Shown: piece by piece, positions 35,902 to 37,359 of the stretch
Position numbering within the stretch: position 1 is the first letter of the stretch
Layout of the letters: each line of letters starts with the position of its first letter
Origin: an uncultured archaeon
GTDB taxonomy: Archaea > Thermoproteota > EX4484-205 > JAAOZP01
Assembly (NCBI GenBank): GCA_938045545.1
Contig: CALIBN010000030.1
Coordinates: 1-37,359, forward strand
Direction: 5' to 3'
DNA length: 37,359 nt
The notes under the pieces: model-generated
The model's database searches: none
What the model was told of the DNA's origin: nothing
What the model saw: only the letters and a program-made list of their open reading frames with translations
Position numbers and translations under genes: made by a program

Positions 35902-36409
35902 CGCCGTAAGCCATCTTTACACGCAGATCGTAGGCCTGATAGGGGGAGACGAGGCTATAGAGGTCGCGGAGGCATTGATACAGCTTAAGAAGGCGAACGA
36001 GGAGCAGATATCCTCTAAAACCGGTTTAAGGGTAGGAGACGTTAGAAAAATACTTTTCAAGCTTTACGAGAAGGCTCTGATAACCTACGAGGAGCTGAAG
36101 AAGGAGGAGGGAGACAGGATAAAAAGCATATTCCTATGGATGCCGCTCATAGACCAGGTTGAAGGGATTGCGACAAACTACAGGAGGATAATTCTGCAGA
36201 AGCTCAGGGAGAAGCTCGCGTTCATAGAAGGCAACGAGCTCTACCACTGTGGCAAGGAGGGCCATAAAATACTCGTTTTCGACGAGGCTGTTGAAAACCT
36301 TTTCAAATGCCCAGTTTGCGGCGACCCCCTTTTCAGAATGGACAAGGAGGAATACTTGAGGAAGCTGAAAACACTGATAAAAACGATTGAAAATGAGGAG
36401 AAAGAGTAG
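35882..36409 (+). CDS. tfe: Transcription factor E alpha
   Basis: Winged helix 'VRKILFKLYE..L', Zn ribbon 'C...H.....FDEA...FKCPVCG..L'. Confidence 0.9.
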   Translation: MGEDRLDAVSHLYTQIVGLIGGDEAIEVAEALIQLKKANEEQISSKTGLRVGDVRKILFKLYEKALITYEELKKEEGDRIKSIFLWMPLIDQVEGIATNYRRIILQKLREKLAFIEGNELYHCGKEGHKILVFDEAVENLFKCPVCGDPLFRMDKEEYLRKLKTLIKTIENEEKE

Positions 36410-36959
36410 AATACCGGATGAAGAGAAATGCGTCAAGATTCTTTTAGAAGAAGGAGTTAACAGCAACGTCCTCAGACACGTCTTGAAAGTCAGCGAGGTC
36501 GCTAAAGACTTAGCGGACAGAGTGGAGTCGAAAGGACACCGTGTGAACAAGAAGCTGGTTGCAGCCGGAGCACTCCTCCACGATATTGGAAGAGCAGTCA
36601 CCCACGATGTTCCACACGGAGTAATAGGCGGCCAAATAGTCAGAAGAAGGAAACTAGATGAGAGGCTCGCGAAAATAGTTGAGAGACACGTGGGAGCAGG
36701 AATATCCGAGCAGGAGGCTGCAAAGCTTAAACTAGGCACCGTAAACCTGATCCCCGAAACCCTCGAGGAGAAAATAGTCTGCTACGCCGACAAGCTTGTA
36801 GACGGCGATAAGAAGGTAGAGTTCACGGAAACACTGAAACACTTCAAGGAGAAACTGGGCGAAGAACACCCGGCGATAAGAAGGCTTAAAGAGTTAGACG
36901 AGTTTTTCCAAGAAATCCTCCGAAAAGACGGCAAGGACGAAAAACCCAAGCATTATTAA
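36393..36959 (+). CDS. HDIG-domain phosphohydrolase (TIGR00295-like)
   Basis: LLHDIGR, HG..G, ERHVGAG, P.TLEEKIV.YADKL. Confidence 0.87.
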   Translation: MRRKSRIPDEEKCVKILLEEGVNSNVLRHVLKVSEVAKDLADRVESKGHRVNKKLVAAGALLHDIGRAVTHDVPHGVIGGQIVRRRKLDERLAKIVERHVGAGISEQEAAKLKLGTVNLIPETLEEKIVCYADKLVDGDKKVEFTETLKHFKEKLGEEHPAIRRLKELDEFFQEILRKDGKDEKPKHY

Positions 36960-37046
36960 AACCCTTCAAGAAAAACTAGATTTAACAGTTAAACAACAAT
37001 TTAAAGCAAAACATTTTTATCCACCCCAGAATACTTGAACAACCGC

Positions 37047-37163
37047 GGACCCGTAGCTCAAGCGCACAGCGGAGCAGCCTGGTTAGAGCGCTGGGCTTTT
37101 AACCCAGAGTTGGTTTAAAAAACCGCGGGGGAAATGTTGCGGGTTCAATTCCCGCCGGGTCCG
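37047..37163 (+). tRNA. tRNA-Lys(TTT) with introns at 15/16 (16 nt, 37062-37077) and about 43/44 (26 nt, 37108-37133)
   Basis: GGACCCG/CGGGTCC acceptor, GCTC/GAGC D-stem, CTGGG-CTTTTAA-CCCAG, GCGGG-TTCAATT-CCCGC. Confidence 0.9.
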
Positions 37164-37190
37164 CATACCATCCAATTGCCGAGGATAAAA

Positions 37191-37198
37191 TTTAATAG
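37191..37198 (+). promoter_or_regulatory. BRE/TATA of tRNA-Ile
   Basis: ATAAAA-TTTAATAG, 32 bp before GGGCCAG at 37223; same spacing as for tRNA-Asp (31) and tRNA-Lys (32). Confidence 0.6.
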
Positions 37199-37222
37199 CC
37201 GGCTTTAGGGATGAAAGGAGCA

Positions 37223-37352
37223 GGGCCAGATCTAGGGTCGGGCCAGATGAAAGACAACAGCCCAATGGCCCAGCCTGGTTAAGGCGCCCGGCTGATAACC
37301 GGGAGATCGCCGGTTCGAAGGTGTTGCACTACCGAGAATCCGGCCTGGCCCA
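37223..37352 (+). tRNA. tRNA-Ile(GAT) with intron(s) at 7/8 (37230-37246 and 37247-37265) and at 59/60 (37320-37338)
   Basis: The CTGGCCC-A 3' acceptor strand needs GGGCCAG, found only upstream of inserted sequence; CCCGG-CTGATAA-CCGGG; BHB TTCG-AA^G...CGAG-AA^T. Confidence 0.85.
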
Positions 37353-37359
37353 CTTTTAA

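Noticed and set aside
1-37359. CRISPR array, transposase or rRNA
   Set aside because: No regularly spaced repeats, transposase motifs or rRNA-like sequence seen.

Overview
Gene-dense archaeal chromosomal segment, mostly core housekeeping genes. A TACK-type lineage is inferred from gene content and intron-rich tRNAs, but the exact taxon cannot be fixed from this window. It holds a Hef helicase/nuclease, tmk and an HD dNTPase, an archaeal mevalonate-pathway trio (AcnX large and small subunits plus UbiD) next to carS, topA and aglB. It also has the informational superoperon (rpl10e-csl4-rpoL-tfs-pcna-priL-priS-GINS-L44e-S27e-aIF2a-nop10-PAC2), a SufCB/SmsCB pair, aRF1 and pyrH, the nac-mbf1-trm56-tfe cluster, two decayed accessory regions and four tRNA genes. 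The most striking signal is in the tRNAs: up to 8 BHB-type introns in 4 genes, only one at the canonical 37/38 site. These include an apparent tandem pair at position 7/8 of tRNA-Ile, 15/16 introns in tRNA-Trp and tRNA-Lys, and a tRNA-Trp intron with a degenerate C/D-like guide for its own C34. Other leads are a DC2/OSTC-like oligosaccharyltransferase subunit near aglB, pcna and nop10 inverted in place, two NTPase-fold proteins lacking P-loops, and a frameshifted secreted glutamic-peptidase-like gene with a partner. All family calls come from motif recognition by eye, not database searches.
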